Source: Minisyncoccota bacterium (GTDB lineage: Bacteria; Patescibacteriota; Minisyncoccia; Phycocordibacterales; UBA9973). From it: a stretch of 64,000 nt of DNA. Below, piece after piece: positions 1 through 9,487 of the stretch (position 1 is the first letter of the stretch; the number at the start of each line of letters is the position of its first letter). The notes under the pieces are model-generated. The model was not told the DNA's origin and did no database searches. It worked only from the letters and a program-made list of their open reading frames with translations. The stretch lies in assembly GCA_041663185.1 (NCBI GenBank), contig JBAZQY010000002.1, forward strand, positions 152,496 to 216,495. The letters run 5' to 3'. A program made the position numbers and the translations under genes.

Positions 1-784
1 GTATCATTTTGTCATTTTGCAAAATGTTTGAATGTTCTTTTTTGAGATCGCGGATTAAATACAATACCGCTGTTTTTAAACCGGAAAAAGAAAAATCGTA
101 ATCTTTTGAATACATCATTGGACGAGGAAGTTTTATTCTTAATTTTTCATTCTTAATTCTTAATTTTCGAGCTTGGTCTGCCAAGCGAGATATCTCTGGT
201 CCACCAGGATAAGGAAGCCCAAGCATGCGTGCTACCTTATCGAATGCTTCTCCGGATGCGTCGTCTCTTGTCCCGCCAATTTTTTTATATTTCATAAAGT
301 TTTTTACTAAAACAAGTTCTGTGTGTCCACCTGAGACCAGTAGCGAGAGCACTGGGAATATTTTTTTATTTTGAGTGACTGTGAAAGTTTTTCCTTTTTG
401 GGGAAATATAGAAAATATGTGCCCCTCCATGTGGTTTACCGGAACAATTGGAATTTTGTATTTATCCCCAAGTTCTTTGGCAAAAACAATTCCTGTCCAA
501 AGTGCTGGTTCAAGTCCTGGACCATAAGTGACAGTAATTAAATCGATTTTTTCTATTTTTATTTTTGCTTGTTTTAAAGTTTTTTCAAAAATAATTGGCA
601 GATTTTTTTGATGTTCTCTTTTGGCAAGAGCCGGAAAAACACCCCCATACTCGGCATGGATTTTTATTTGTGAATTCGTATTGTTTGCTAGAATCCTGAA
701 AATGTCATTTTTACCACTTATTTTTACTTCCAAAATACTTATTCCAGTATCATCGCACGATGTTTCAATTGCTAAAATTCGCAT
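1..784 (-). CDS. tsaD: tRNA threonylcarbamoyladenosine biosynthesis protein TsaD (3' end outside window)
   Basis: Hand translation from ATG 784: MRILAIETSCDDTG..., GPGLEPAL, NHMEGH, LLVSGGHT, TRDDASGEAFDKVAR, PGGP, FSFSGLKT motifs. Confidence 0.93.
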   Translation of the reverse strand, partial: MRILAIETSCDDTGISILEVKISGKNDIFRILANNTNSQIKIHAEYGGVFPALAKREHQKNLPIIFEKTLKQAKIKIEKIDLITVTYGPGLEPALWTGIVFAKELGDKYKIPIVPVNHMEGHIFSIFPQKGKTFTVTQNKKIFPVLSLLVSGGHTELVLVKNFMKYKKIGGTRDDASGEAFDKVARMLGLPYPGGPEISRLADQARKLRIKNEKLRIKLPRPMMYSKDYDFSFSGLKTAVLYLIRDLKKEHSNILQNDKMI

Positions 785-840
785 AGAGACACTATATCAT
801 AAGGGTTTTTATTTGACTATTTATATGATAAACTCATCTT

Positions 841-1419
841 ATGGAGAAAAAACACATAATAACGATTGCTGGTAAGCTTGGAAGCGGAAAATCTTCAACT
901 TCTAAAAGAGTGGCTAATCTTTTAAATTATGAGAGAGTCTCTACTGGTGAGTTTATGCGATTGATGGCTGACAAAAAAGGAATCGCATTAGATGAATTAA
1001 GTAAAATAGCCGAAGCGGATATTTCCATAGATAAGCAATTAGATGATTATAATTTAGAAATAGGAAAAAAAGAAAATATTATTTTAGATTCTCGGCTTGG
1101 TTTTTATTTCATTCCTAATTCTTTTAAAGTATTTCTTGAGCTTGATCCTAATGTTGCCTCAGAAAGAATTCTAGAAGATAAAAAAACAAATCCTAATCGA
1201 CACACAGAGGCGACTGGAGTTTTTGATACAAAAGAAAGTATAATTGAAAGCATAAATAATCGTCTATCAAGCGAGAGAAGAAGATATAAACAGTTATATG
1301 GAATTAATGATTTAACGGCGCATGAAAATTTTGATTTGGTTATTGATACCTCTAAGATGCCGTTAGAAGAAGTCTCTCAGAAAATTATAGAAGAATATAA
1401 TAATTGGTTAAACAAATAA
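841..1419 (+). CDS. cmk: cytidylate kinase-like NMP kinase
   Basis: N-terminal P-loop GKLGSGKS, DSRLG and RY..LYGI motifs of the short cytidylate kinase family. Confidence 0.75.
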   Translation: MEKKHIITIAGKLGSGKSSTSKRVANLLNYERVSTGEFMRLMADKKGIALDELSKIAEADISIDKQLDDYNLEIGKKENIILDSRLGFYFIPNSFKVFLELDPNVASERILEDKKTNPNRHTEATGVFDTKESIIESINNRLSSERRRYKQLYGINDLTAHENFDLVIDTSKMPLEEVSQKIIEEYNNWLNK

Positions 1420-1424
1420 ATAAG

Positions 1425-2822
1425 ATGAAAATACTAAGCGAATTATTAGAAGATATAAAAGTAATTGAAAGCCATGGAAATCTTGATGCTCGAGTGTCTT
1501 CTGTTTCGCTTAATTCAAAAACTATTGAACCGAGGTCATTGTTTGTCGCATTAGTTGGAAATGTCGTTGACGGACATATATTTATTGATGAAGTGGTTGA
1601 AAAAGGAGCTACTGTGGTAATTTATGAAAATGATCCCAAGGAGTTTAAGAGTGGCGTGACTTATTTGAAAGTGACTGATACTCATAGTGTTGTAGGAATA
1701 ATCGCTGATAATTTTTACGGGAATCCGTCTCGCAAGTTGAAATTAGTTGGAGTGACTGGCACAAACGGTAAGACTACAACAGTGACATTACTCCATCAAC
1801 TTTTTCGTAATTTAGGATATAAGGTAGGAATGATTGGGACAGTTGTTAATAAAATAAATGATAAATTTTATGAAGCTACTAGAACAACTCCGGACCCAGT
1901 TAGTTTGAATAAATTACTGGCCGAAATGGTAGATGAAGGTTGTGAATATTGTTTTATGGAAGTCTCATCTCATTCTGTCTGCGAAAAGAGAATTTCTGGA
2001 CTTTCTTTTGTTGGGGGTATATTTACAAATCTTACGCTTGATCATTTGGACTATCATAAAACAATAGATAATTATTGTAATGCCAAAAAAAGTTTTTTTG
2101 ATATTTTACCTGCGACAGGTTTTGCAATTGCAAATATTGATGACGAGAAAGGGGAGTATATACTAAGTACTACAAAAGCCCATAAATATACAATGAGTTT
2201 GAAACAAGAGGCAGATTTTAATGAACGACTTGAGACAAAACTAATCGGCGAATTTAATATGTATAATGTTTTAGGTGTATATGCTGTGGCTGTTTTACTC
2301 GGACAGGATAGGGAAAAAGTTAAAGAATTAATAAGGGAACTAGATGGAGCTCCAGGGAGATTCCAGGCAATTAAAAGCAAAAATAATATTACCGGAATTG
2401 TTGACTATGCTCATTCACCAGATGCCTTAGAGAATGTTTTGAAAACAATAAACCAAATGAAAGGAGATGGACGAGTTATTTCTGTTGTTGGGTGTGGCGG
2501 AGATCGAGATAAAAGTAAACGTCCAATTATGGCAAAGATTGGCTATGAAATGAGCGACATTCTTATCCTTACATCTGATAATCCAAGAAGTGAAAAACCT
2601 GAAGATATTTTAAGTGAAATGCAGAAGGGAATTCCGCTTGATGGTATAGATAAAGTTGAGATTATTATTGATCGGCGGATAGCAATTCAAAAGGCCTGTG
2701 AACTTGCCAAAGAAGGGGATTATATTTTAGTGGCCGGTAAGGGCCATGAAAATTATCAAGAAGTAAACGGAGTCAAAACCCATTTTGATGATATGGAAGA
2801 ATTAAAAAAATATTTGGAATAA
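1425..2822 (+). CDS. murE: UDP-MurNAc-tripeptide synthetase MurE
   Basis: GVTGTNGKTT, TTPD, MEVSSH, DYAHSPD, DNPR, AGKGHE motifs; ATG 1425 preferred over 1404. Confidence 0.95.
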   Translation: MKILSELLEDIKVIESHGNLDARVSSVSLNSKTIEPRSLFVALVGNVVDGHIFIDEVVEKGATVVIYENDPKEFKSGVTYLKVTDTHSVVGIIADNFYGNPSRKLKLVGVTGTNGKTTTVTLLHQLFRNLGYKVGMIGTVVNKINDKFYEATRTTPDPVSLNKLLAEMVDEGCEYCFMEVSSHSVCEKRISGLSFVGGIFTNLTLDHLDYHKTIDNYCNAKKSFFDILPATGFAIANIDDEKGEYILSTTKAHKYTMSLKQEADFNERLETKLIGEFNMYNVLGVYAVAVLLGQDREKVKELIRELDGAPGRFQAIKSKNNITGIVDYAHSPDALENVLKTINQMKGDGRVISVVGCGGDRDKSKRPIMAKIGYEMSDILILTSDNPRSEKPEDILSEMQKGIPLDGIDKVEIIIDRRIAIQKACELAKEGDYILVAGKGHENYQEVNGVKTHFDDMEELKKYLE

Positions 2823-2825
2823 ATT

Positions 2826-2859
2826 ATTATTTTGTCATTTTGCAAAATGACAAAATAAT
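2826..2859. repeat. 34-bp perfect palindrome between murE and next gene; partial copy at 6-26 inside tsaD
   Basis: ATTATTTTGTCATTTTG|CAAAATGACAAAATAAT; ATTTTGTCATTTTGCAAAATG recurs at 6-26. Confidence 0.8.
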
Positions 2860-2867
2860 CATAAAAA

Positions 2868-4538
2868 ATGGAAACAGAAAAAAGAATTTGTAAAAAATGC
2901 CAGCAGGAATTCATTTTAGACCAAGATGATTTTTCATTTTACGAAAAAATGAAAGTACCTGTACCTGAAATTTGTCCGGATTGCAGATTTAAAATGCGAG
3001 CAATGTGGAGGAATGAAACCACTTTATATTCAGGGCAGAAATGTGGTTTGTGTAATGATAGTATTATAACTGTCTATAATAGTAAGAATAATTTTAAGGT
3101 TTTTTGTTATAAATGTTTTTTATCTGACTCATGGGATGCGAAGGATTATGCAAAAAATTATAATAAGGAGGAATCTTTTTTGGGTCAATTTCATGATCTT
3201 TTTAGGAAAGTTCCAAAGAAAAATTTATCAATAGATTTATCAAGTGGTCCTATTATAAATACTTCATATGCGAATGGGGCAGGAGGTATGAAAAACTGCT
3301 ATATGGTTTTTAATGGTGGAGGCGGAGAGGATATGATGTATTGTCGTGGGATAATGAAAGCCAAAGAAATTAGTGATTGTTATTTTGGTGAAAACATAGA
3401 GTTATCGTATGAATGCATTCACATAAATAAGTCGACAGGTATTACTTTTGGAGATAGTATTGTCGGATGTGTTGATTGTATGTTTTTAAAAAATTGTAGT
3501 GGCCTTACTAATTGCTTTGGGTGTGTAAATTTAAGAAATAAAAGTCATTGTTGGTTTAATGAACAGCTCACTCGTGATGAATACACGGATAGGCTAAAAG
3601 AAATAAATGGAAGTTATTCTAAAATAGAAGAAATGAAAAAAAAGTTTTGTGATTTTTGTTTGTCGTTCTCTAATCGAGAAAATCATAATATAAAAGCTAT
3701 TGATTGTACGGGGGATTATTTATTTGATAGTAAGAATCTAAAAGAATCGTTTGAAGTAACTGAATCAGAAAATTGTAGATATCTTTGTTATACAAAAAAA
3801 ACAAACGATTCATTAGGGGTAATGGGTTTTGGAATAAAATCGGAACAATTGTTAGAAGTTGTATCTACTGGATATTCTAGTAACATAATATCTTCAAATG
3901 GTATCGATGGTTCTCAAAATATTATGTATTCAAATTCATTACATAACTGTCATGATTGTATTGGTTGTGATGGTCTTAAAAATGCTGAGTACTGTATTTT
4001 AAATAAACAATATAGTAAAGAAGAATATGAAAAGTTTAAAGAACACATAGTTAAAGAACTCACAGAATTGGGTATTCATGGGTTAATGATGCCTCCAGAA
4101 ATTGCTCCATTTGCTTATAATGAGACAATTGCTCAGGATAATATGCCTTTGACTAAAGAGGAAGCTATCGCAGAGGGGTTCAGATGGGAAGATGATATTC
4201 AGATGACGAAAGGGAAGGAAACATTGCAACAAGAAGCAATTCATGATCATATAAATGAAGTCAAAGATGAAATTACAAAAGAAATATTAAGGTGTATAAA
4301 TTGTGAACGGAATTATAAGATTACAGAACAAGAATTATTGTTTTACCGAAAAATGAAATTACCAATTCCAAGAAAATGCTTCTTTTGCCGCCATCAGGAT
4401 CGTATAAAAAGAAGAGGTCCGTATAAATTCTGGGATAGAAAATGTGACCATTGTGGAAAAGATATCAAAACCAATTACTCACCAAATAGTCCAGAGATTA
4501 TTTACTGTGAGGATTGTTATAAGCAGGAAGTAATATAA
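2868..4538 (+). CDS. cysteine-rich hypothetical protein with multiple CxxC zinc-ribbon motifs
   Basis: 556 aa with CKKC, CPDC, CGLC, CFGC, CINC, CDHC motifs and repetitive Cys/Ser/Asn stretches. Confidence 0.7.
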   Translation: METEKRICKKCQQEFILDQDDFSFYEKMKVPVPEICPDCRFKMRAMWRNETTLYSGQKCGLCNDSIITVYNSKNNFKVFCYKCFLSDSWDAKDYAKNYNKEESFLGQFHDLFRKVPKKNLSIDLSSGPIINTSYANGAGGMKNCYMVFNGGGGEDMMYCRGIMKAKEISDCYFGENIELSYECIHINKSTGITFGDSIVGCVDCMFLKNCSGLTNCFGCVNLRNKSHCWFNEQLTRDEYTDRLKEINGSYSKIEEMKKKFCDFCLSFSNRENHNIKAIDCTGDYLFDSKNLKESFEVTESENCRYLCYTKKTNDSLGVMGFGIKSEQLLEVVSTGYSSNIISSNGIDGSQNIMYSNSLHNCHDCIGCDGLKNAEYCILNKQYSKEEYEKFKEHIVKELTELGIHGLMMPPEIAPFAYNETIAQDNMPLTKEEAIAEGFRWEDDIQMTKGKETLQQEAIHDHINEVKDEITKEILRCINCERNYKITEQELLFYRKMKLPIPRKCFFCRHQDRIKRRGPYKFWDRKCDHCGKDIKTNYSPNSPEIIYCEDCYKQEVI

Positions 4539-4540
4539 TT

Positions 4541-5911
4541 ATGCAAAATTACAAACAACAATTTAAGGATAAGAAAATTACAATTATGGGATTGGGTATT
4601 TTGGGGAGAGGGGTGGGATATACAAAATTCTTGGCTGAATGTGGGGCTGATTTGATTGTGACAGATTTGAAAACGAAAGAACAACTTGCAACTTCAATAC
4701 AAGCATTAAAAAAGTTTAAAAATATTAAATTTGTTTTAGGTGAGCATCGGTTGGAAGATTTTATAAACAGAGATATGGTGATTAAAGCGGCAGGTGTTCC
4801 CATAGATTCTATTTACATAAAAGAGGCCAAGAAAAATAAAATCCCAGTTGAGATGGACGTGTCTCTTTTTGCTAAGTGTGCTCCTGGTGTAATGATAATC
4901 GGAGTGACGGGGACAAGAGGCAAATCAATGACGACAACTTTGATTTATCAAATATTGAGACAGAATATAAAAGACAACAATGTCTATGTGGGTGGTAATC
5001 TTCGTGGAGTTGCGACCTTACCACTTCTTAAAAAAGTAAAAGCGAGGGATATTTTAGTTTGTGAACTTGATTCATGGCAATTGCAGGGTTTCGGAGAAGC
5101 AAAGATTTCCCCACACATTTCAGTATTTACGACATTCATGCCTGATCATATGAATTATTATAAGAATTCGATGAAAGATTATTTTAATGATAAGGCAAAT
5201 ATTTTTAAGTATCAGAAAAAAAATGACGTACTAATTATTCGTCCAGGGATGAAGAAGTTTATAAATAAAAAAGAAGTTAAGGGTAAACTTGTAGTTATAA
5301 ATTCAGAAAAAGTAAAAAATTGGAAGTTCAATGTTCCAGGTATTCATCATCGAGAGAATTTAGCTTGTGCTGTGGCTGTGGCAAAGCAACTTGGTATTTC
5401 AGAGGTAAAGATTAAAAAATCAATTACGGATTTTAAAGATTTAGAAGGGCGGCTGCAACTTTTGCGAACGTATAAAGGAATAAAAATATATAATGACAAT
5501 AATGCGACAACCCCAGAAGCAACAATTGCTGGGATTGAAGCATTAGTTGACCAGCCCCGAACCCGGTTCAGGGCTAGCCCTGAACCGGGTTCGGGGCAAA
5601 GAAGAATAATTTTAATCTGTGGAGGTTCAGACAAGGGTCTTCCTCTTGATAATTTTGTTAAAACTGTAAATAAATATTGCAAAGCAGTAATTTTTCTTGA
5701 GGGGAGTGGTACAGAAAAATTACTGAGTAGTAAGCAGAAAGTAGTAGGTATTAAGGTAAAAACAATCAAAGAAGCGGTACAAGAAGCAATTAAACAAGCC
5801 AATAAAGGAGATATAATTTTGTTTTCTCCAGCGTTTGCATCGTTTGGAATGTTTAATAATGAATATGAACGTAACGATTTGTTTATGAAGATTATTAGAA
5901 GTTTAAAATAA
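4541..5911 (+). CDS. murD: UDP-MurNAc-L-Ala--D-glutamate ligase MurD
   Basis: GVTGTRGKS, ELDSWQL, PDHMNY, LICGGSDKG, FSPAFASF motifs. Confidence 0.92.
   Translation: MQNYKQQFKDKKITIMGLGILGRGVGYTKFLAECGADLIVTDLKTKEQLATSIQALKKFKNIKFVLGEHRLEDFINRDMVIKAAGVPIDSIYIKEAKKNKIPVEMDVSLFAKCAPGVMIIGVTGTRGKSMTTTLIYQILRQNIKDNNVYVGGNLRGVATLPLLKKVKARDILVCELDSWQLQGFGEAKISPHISVFTTFMPDHMNYYKNSMKDYFNDKANIFKYQKKNDVLIIRPGMKKFINKKEVKGKLVVINSEKVKNWKFNVPGIHHRENLACAVAVAKQLGISEVKIKKSITDFKDLEGRLQLLRTYKGIKIYNDNNATTPEATIAGIEALVDQPRTRFRASPEPGSGQRRIILICGGSDKGLPLDNFVKTVNKYCKAVIFLEGSGTEKLLSSKQKVVGIKVKTIKEAVQEAIKQANKGDIILFSPAFASFGMFNNEYERNDLFMKIIRSLK
5554..5597. repeat. 44-bp perfect GC-rich palindrome inside murD
   Basis: GCCCCGAACCCGGTTCAGGGCT|AGCCCTGAACCGGGTTCGGGGC, read through as PRTRFRASPEPGSG. 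Confidence 0.9.
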
Positions 5912-5915
5912 TTTT

Positions 5916-6536
5916 ATGAAAAAACAAATAATATTTATAAGAGGAGGAGAAGTGTTTGATAATATGGAAGACATGTATGAGTATTTAAGAACTGTAAAAT
6001 GCGATCCGTATAATAAGACAAAAGAGTGGAGGGATTGGATAATATGGGCACTTGAAGAATCTTATGATTTAATATGTCCGCTGATGCCAAACAAGCAGAA
6101 TGCTGATTACACAGCTTGGAAAATATGGTTTGAAAGACACTTCGAGTTTATTACAGATGATAATCCTATTTTGATAGGACATTCTTTAGGTGGCGCCTTT
6201 CTCCTTAAATATTTATCTGAAAATGGTTTTTCTAAAAAAATATTACAGTTACATTTAGTAGCACCTTATGTTGAAAATAATGGTATTTATTTAGAAAAAT
6301 TAAATACTTTTGCTTTTGATATTAAAAAAATAAATAAAATTAAAGATATGTGTAATGAAATACATCTTTGGCACTCAAGGGATGATAATTCTGTTCCTTT
6401 TTCTCACAGTGAGTTAGTTAAAAAAAATATTTCTACTGCAGAATTCCATATCTTTGATGACCGTGGGCATTTTCGACAACCTGCCTTCCCTGAGATATTA
6501 GAAGTAATAAATAAATCAATATATGAAAGAAATTGA
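5916..6536 (+). CDS. alpha/beta hydrolase, RBBP9/YdeN-like
   Basis: GHSLG nucleophile elbow, HSRDDNSVP and RGHF. Confidence 0.8.
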   Translation: MKKQIIFIRGGEVFDNMEDMYEYLRTVKCDPYNKTKEWRDWIIWALEESYDLICPLMPNKQNADYTAWKIWFERHFEFITDDNPILIGHSLGGAFLLKYLSENGFSKKILQLHLVAPYVENNGIYLEKLNTFAFDIKKINKIKDMCNEIHLWHSRDDNSVPFSHSELVKKNISTAEFHIFDDRGHFRQPAFPEILEVINKSIYERN

Positions 6537-6729
6537 GAAAAAATATACAAAAAAACAAACGATTAAAATCCTTAAAAGACTGGTAGATTCTTTGGCTAAA
6601 GGTAAAGCTTTTCGAATGCAAATAAAAGGGAAAAAAGTTTATGTTTCAAAAGAAACGGAAATAGAAATAGAATACGAGAAAGACAAAAAGAAAGAAAAAG
6701 TTGAGATTGAAATTAAATGGGAAAAATAA
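6523..6729 (+). CDS. amphi-Trp domain-like small protein
   Basis: 68 aa, LKRLVDSL..G and C-terminal EIEIKW. Confidence 0.65.
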   Translation: MKEIEKKYTKKQTIKILKRLVDSLAKGKAFRMQIKGKKVYVSKETEIEIEYEKDKKKEKVEIEIKWEK

Positions 6730-6730
6730 G

Positions 6731-7147
6731 ATGAAAAAGGTTGTATTTATTGATCATGGTAATATGCTTCGAAGTCCAATTGCAAAGGCTATTTATAATC
6801 AACTAGCAAAAGATGGTTCTTTGGCTTATAGTTATGGTACTCATGTGTTAGAGCAAGGATATCAAGGCAAAAAACTTTCTTCATTTAAAAAATTAGAAAT
6901 AGAAATCAATGAGATGAAAAAATATGGACTAGATATTTCTAACGAATATTGCGAACAGCTAAAAGAAGAATATCTGAAAGATGCTGACAAGGTTATTGTT
7001 ATGTTAGAAAAAGAATTTATTCCAGAGTGGCTGAATAATTATAAATGTGAACATTGGGAAATTCCAAATCCAGAGGCTCATACAAGCCAAATAATTGAAG
7101 ATATAATTAAATTAATTAAGAAAAAAGTTTTAAAATTAATAAAATAA
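6731..7147 (+). CDS. low-molecular-weight phosphatase/ArsC-fold protein with degenerate P-loop
   Basis: FIDHGNMLRSPIA aligns with FxCxGNxCRS; ADKVIVM and WEIPNP motifs. Confidence 0.7.
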   Translation: MKKVVFIDHGNMLRSPIAKAIYNQLAKDGSLAYSYGTHVLEQGYQGKKLSSFKKLEIEINEMKKYGLDISNEYCEQLKEEYLKDADKVIVMLEKEFIPEWLNNYKCEHWEIPNPEAHTSQIIEDIIKLIKKKVLKLIK

Positions 7148-7181
7148 AAAAGACGGGCCGTTAATCGACCCGCCTCTATTT

Positions 7182-7991
7182 TTATTTATATATAATCAAA
7201 ATAACTTTTCTTGCACAGGTTTTTCCTCCTGTGGCATCGTAACAATGATCCCACCAACATAGACTAGGGGATGTCTGCATCTTCTGGTAACTTATTCTCT
7301 TGGATTTAAATCCGTGAAGAATAAATTGTTCTCCGATGATACTTGGCACTGACACTCCGCCATGCTTTTCCCCAAGAGGCACTGCATTTTCTGCGTAATT
7401 GTTTTGGAGGAAACTCAGTACCATTTTATTCGCTGTTTCAGATCCTGGCTCTTCGATATCATACCTAAATGAATCTGGCTCCAGTCCACCCACTATGAAT
7501 ATTTCATAATCATAGGATTCATGAGCATCAGCCAACTTAGCAATATTATCGATTACACTCCAATGTTCCCTGAATTTCTGGCCGTGAAATATCTGAAGTT
7601 TATCAATAACCGAATTAAATCCTGCCTTGGCGGTAATTAATAGATCATTCCTTTTATCATGGTAAATCACAATCGGACTGCATTCTGTTGTTTCAAACAT
7701 AACCGCAGAATTTTTTTCAATAGCAAGCCCATCTGTTTGTGGGCCCTTCATAATTTTCATATTTCCAATGCTCATAAACTCTTGGAAATCTGAGGGTTGG
7801 GAAAGTTCAGCAGTAAATCCTGAACAATCTGGCCAATACAGAGTGGAAACGTCATTGTTTCGCAATATTGATAGTAGCTCCGGGTGATTACGCAAATCTT
7901 TTTCTAAACTTTCAGTTGTATCTAACATCAGAATATCTATTCTGCCCGAAAGCGAAAAAATCGAGGGATTGGTATTTTCCTGGTTTTTCAT
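7182..7991 (-). CDS. divergent YfiH/PgeF (laccase-domain)-like protein
   Basis: TDGL...TTECSPIVIYHD...AKAGF resembles DGL...ADCxPI...AHAGW. Confidence 0.5.
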   Translation of the reverse strand: MKNQENTNPSIFSLSGRIDILMLDTTESLEKDLRNHPELLSILRNNDVSTLYWPDCSGFTAELSQPSDFQEFMSIGNMKIMKGPQTDGLAIEKNSAVMFETTECSPIVIYHDKRNDLLITAKAGFNSVIDKLQIFHGQKFREHWSVIDNIAKLADAHESYDYEIFIVGGLEPDSFRYDIEEPGSETANKMVLSFLQNNYAENAVPLGEKHGGVSVPSIIGEQFILHGFKSKRISYQKMQTSPSLCWWDHCYDATGGKTCARKVILIIYK

Positions 7992-8095
7992 TGGTATATT
8001 TATTTGGTTATTTTCAATTTTATTTTTATATTAACACAATTTATATAGGATGTCTAAGAGTTATAAATTATCAATTTTTGTTGTATTATGTAAAC

Positions 8096-9469
8096 ATGGA
8101 TTTAGATTTATCCCTTGGCCGTAGTCATACGAACGAGGCAAAAATTAAAAATGTTCACTTTATTGGTATTGGTGGAATCGGTATTTCAGCGGTGGCGCGG
8201 ATGATGCTAGAGGAGGGGAAGAATGTTACCGGGCAGGATATGCAGGATGGGGAAATTGTTAATGAGCTTCGTTTACTCGGTATAGATATCAAAATTAGAC
8301 AATCATATGAAAATATTCCGAAAGATACAGATCTTGTAGTCTATACAATTGCTATCGAATATTATGACCCAGAATTATTTAAAAAACTGAAAGAAAGGAA
8401 TGATATAGCAATCAAATCTTATCCCGAAATGCTTGGGGTGATAAGTAAGGATAAATATACAATTGCAATTTGTGGAACTCATGGGAAGACTACAACAACA
8501 GGAATGATCTCACAAATTTTGATTGACGGTGGGAAAGACCCGATGGTGATTGTTGGAAGTTTATTAAAAGGTAAAACTAATTTTATTGCGGGTAAAAGTG
8601 ATTTGTTTGTAGTTGAGGCTTGTGAGTACCGAAGATCATTTTTGAATATTAATCCAAACGTTTTAGTTATTACAAATATTGATGAAGACCATTTGGATTA
8701 TTATAAAGATATAGAAGATATTAAAAATGCCTTCCATGAGATGGTGATGAAAGTACCAGAGGATGGATATGTAATTTGCAACCCAGATGATGAAAATATT
8801 TCGGATGTTATTAAGGGGATAAAGGCAAAAGTAATAAATTGGCAAGATTATTTTGATGCAGGTTTGAAATTAAAAATTCCTGGGATACATAATAAGAAAG
8901 ATGCCGCGGCGGCCATGGCCGCCGCGGCTACTCTTGGTATTTCTCAATCCTCTGCAAGGGGAGTCCTTGCAGAATTTCCGGGGACATGGAAACGTTTTGA
9001 ATTCAGGGGAAAACTTTCTAATGGAATACTTCTTTATGACGATTATGCTCATCATCCGACAGAAATTATGGCTACACTCGAAGGTTTTCGGGAATTGTAT
9101 CCAAAAACTGACGGCTGGAAAATCACAGTTATTTTCCAGCCACACCTATTTTCACGCACCAAATTACTTCTAGATGACTTTGCGAAAAGTTTTTCTGATG
9201 CTGATGAAGTTCTTGTTTTACCAATTTACTATGCTCGGGAAGTTGATGATGGAACAATAAGTTCAGAAATTTTAGCGGGGGAGATAAACAAACACACCAA
9301 CAATGCAAAATCTTTTTCAGATTTTAATGAAGCAGAAAAATCTCTGGAAGTCGGACCTGCCTCGCCAACGAGTCAAGGCGGGCTTCCAGAAATGGGTGAT
9401 AAAAATATTATTGTGACAATGGGGGCAGGAGAAGCTTCAAAAATTGGAGATTTCCTATTAAAAAAATAA
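8096..9469 (+). CDS. murC: UDP-MurNAc--L-alanine ligase MurC
   Basis: HFIGIGGIGISA, GTHGKTTT, EACEY, DDYAHHPTE, FQPH, MGAG; start set at ATG 8096. Confidence 0.95.
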   Translation: MDLDLSLGRSHTNEAKIKNVHFIGIGGIGISAVARMMLEEGKNVTGQDMQDGEIVNELRLLGIDIKIRQSYENIPKDTDLVVYTIAIEYYDPELFKKLKERNDIAIKSYPEMLGVISKDKYTIAICGTHGKTTTTGMISQILIDGGKDPMVIVGSLLKGKTNFIAGKSDLFVVEACEYRRSFLNINPNVLVITNIDEDHLDYYKDIEDIKNAFHEMVMKVPEDGYVICNPDDENISDVIKGIKAKVINWQDYFDAGLKLKIPGIHNKKDAAAAMAAAATLGISQSSARGVLAEFPGTWKRFEFRGKLSNGILLYDDYAHHPTEIMATLEGFRELYPKTDGWKITVIFQPHLFSRTKLLLDDFAKSFSDADEVLVLPIYYAREVDDGTISSEILAGEINKHTNNAKSFSDFNEAEKSLEVGPASPTSQGGLPEMGDKNIIVTMGAGEASKIGDFLLKK

Positions 9470-9487
9470 TTGTGATATAATAAAAGA

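Noticed and set aside
7868-8095. Long N-terminal extension of murC in the ORF track
   Set aside because: It overlaps the opposite-strand gene; ATG 8096 has a -10 six nt upstream and gives a normal MurC start.
8903-8928. 26-bp perfect palindrome GCCGCGGCGGCCATGGCCGCCGCGGC in murC
   Set aside because: It encodes the Ala-rich helix expected in Mur ligases with no apparent length gain; Ala codons easily form palindromes.
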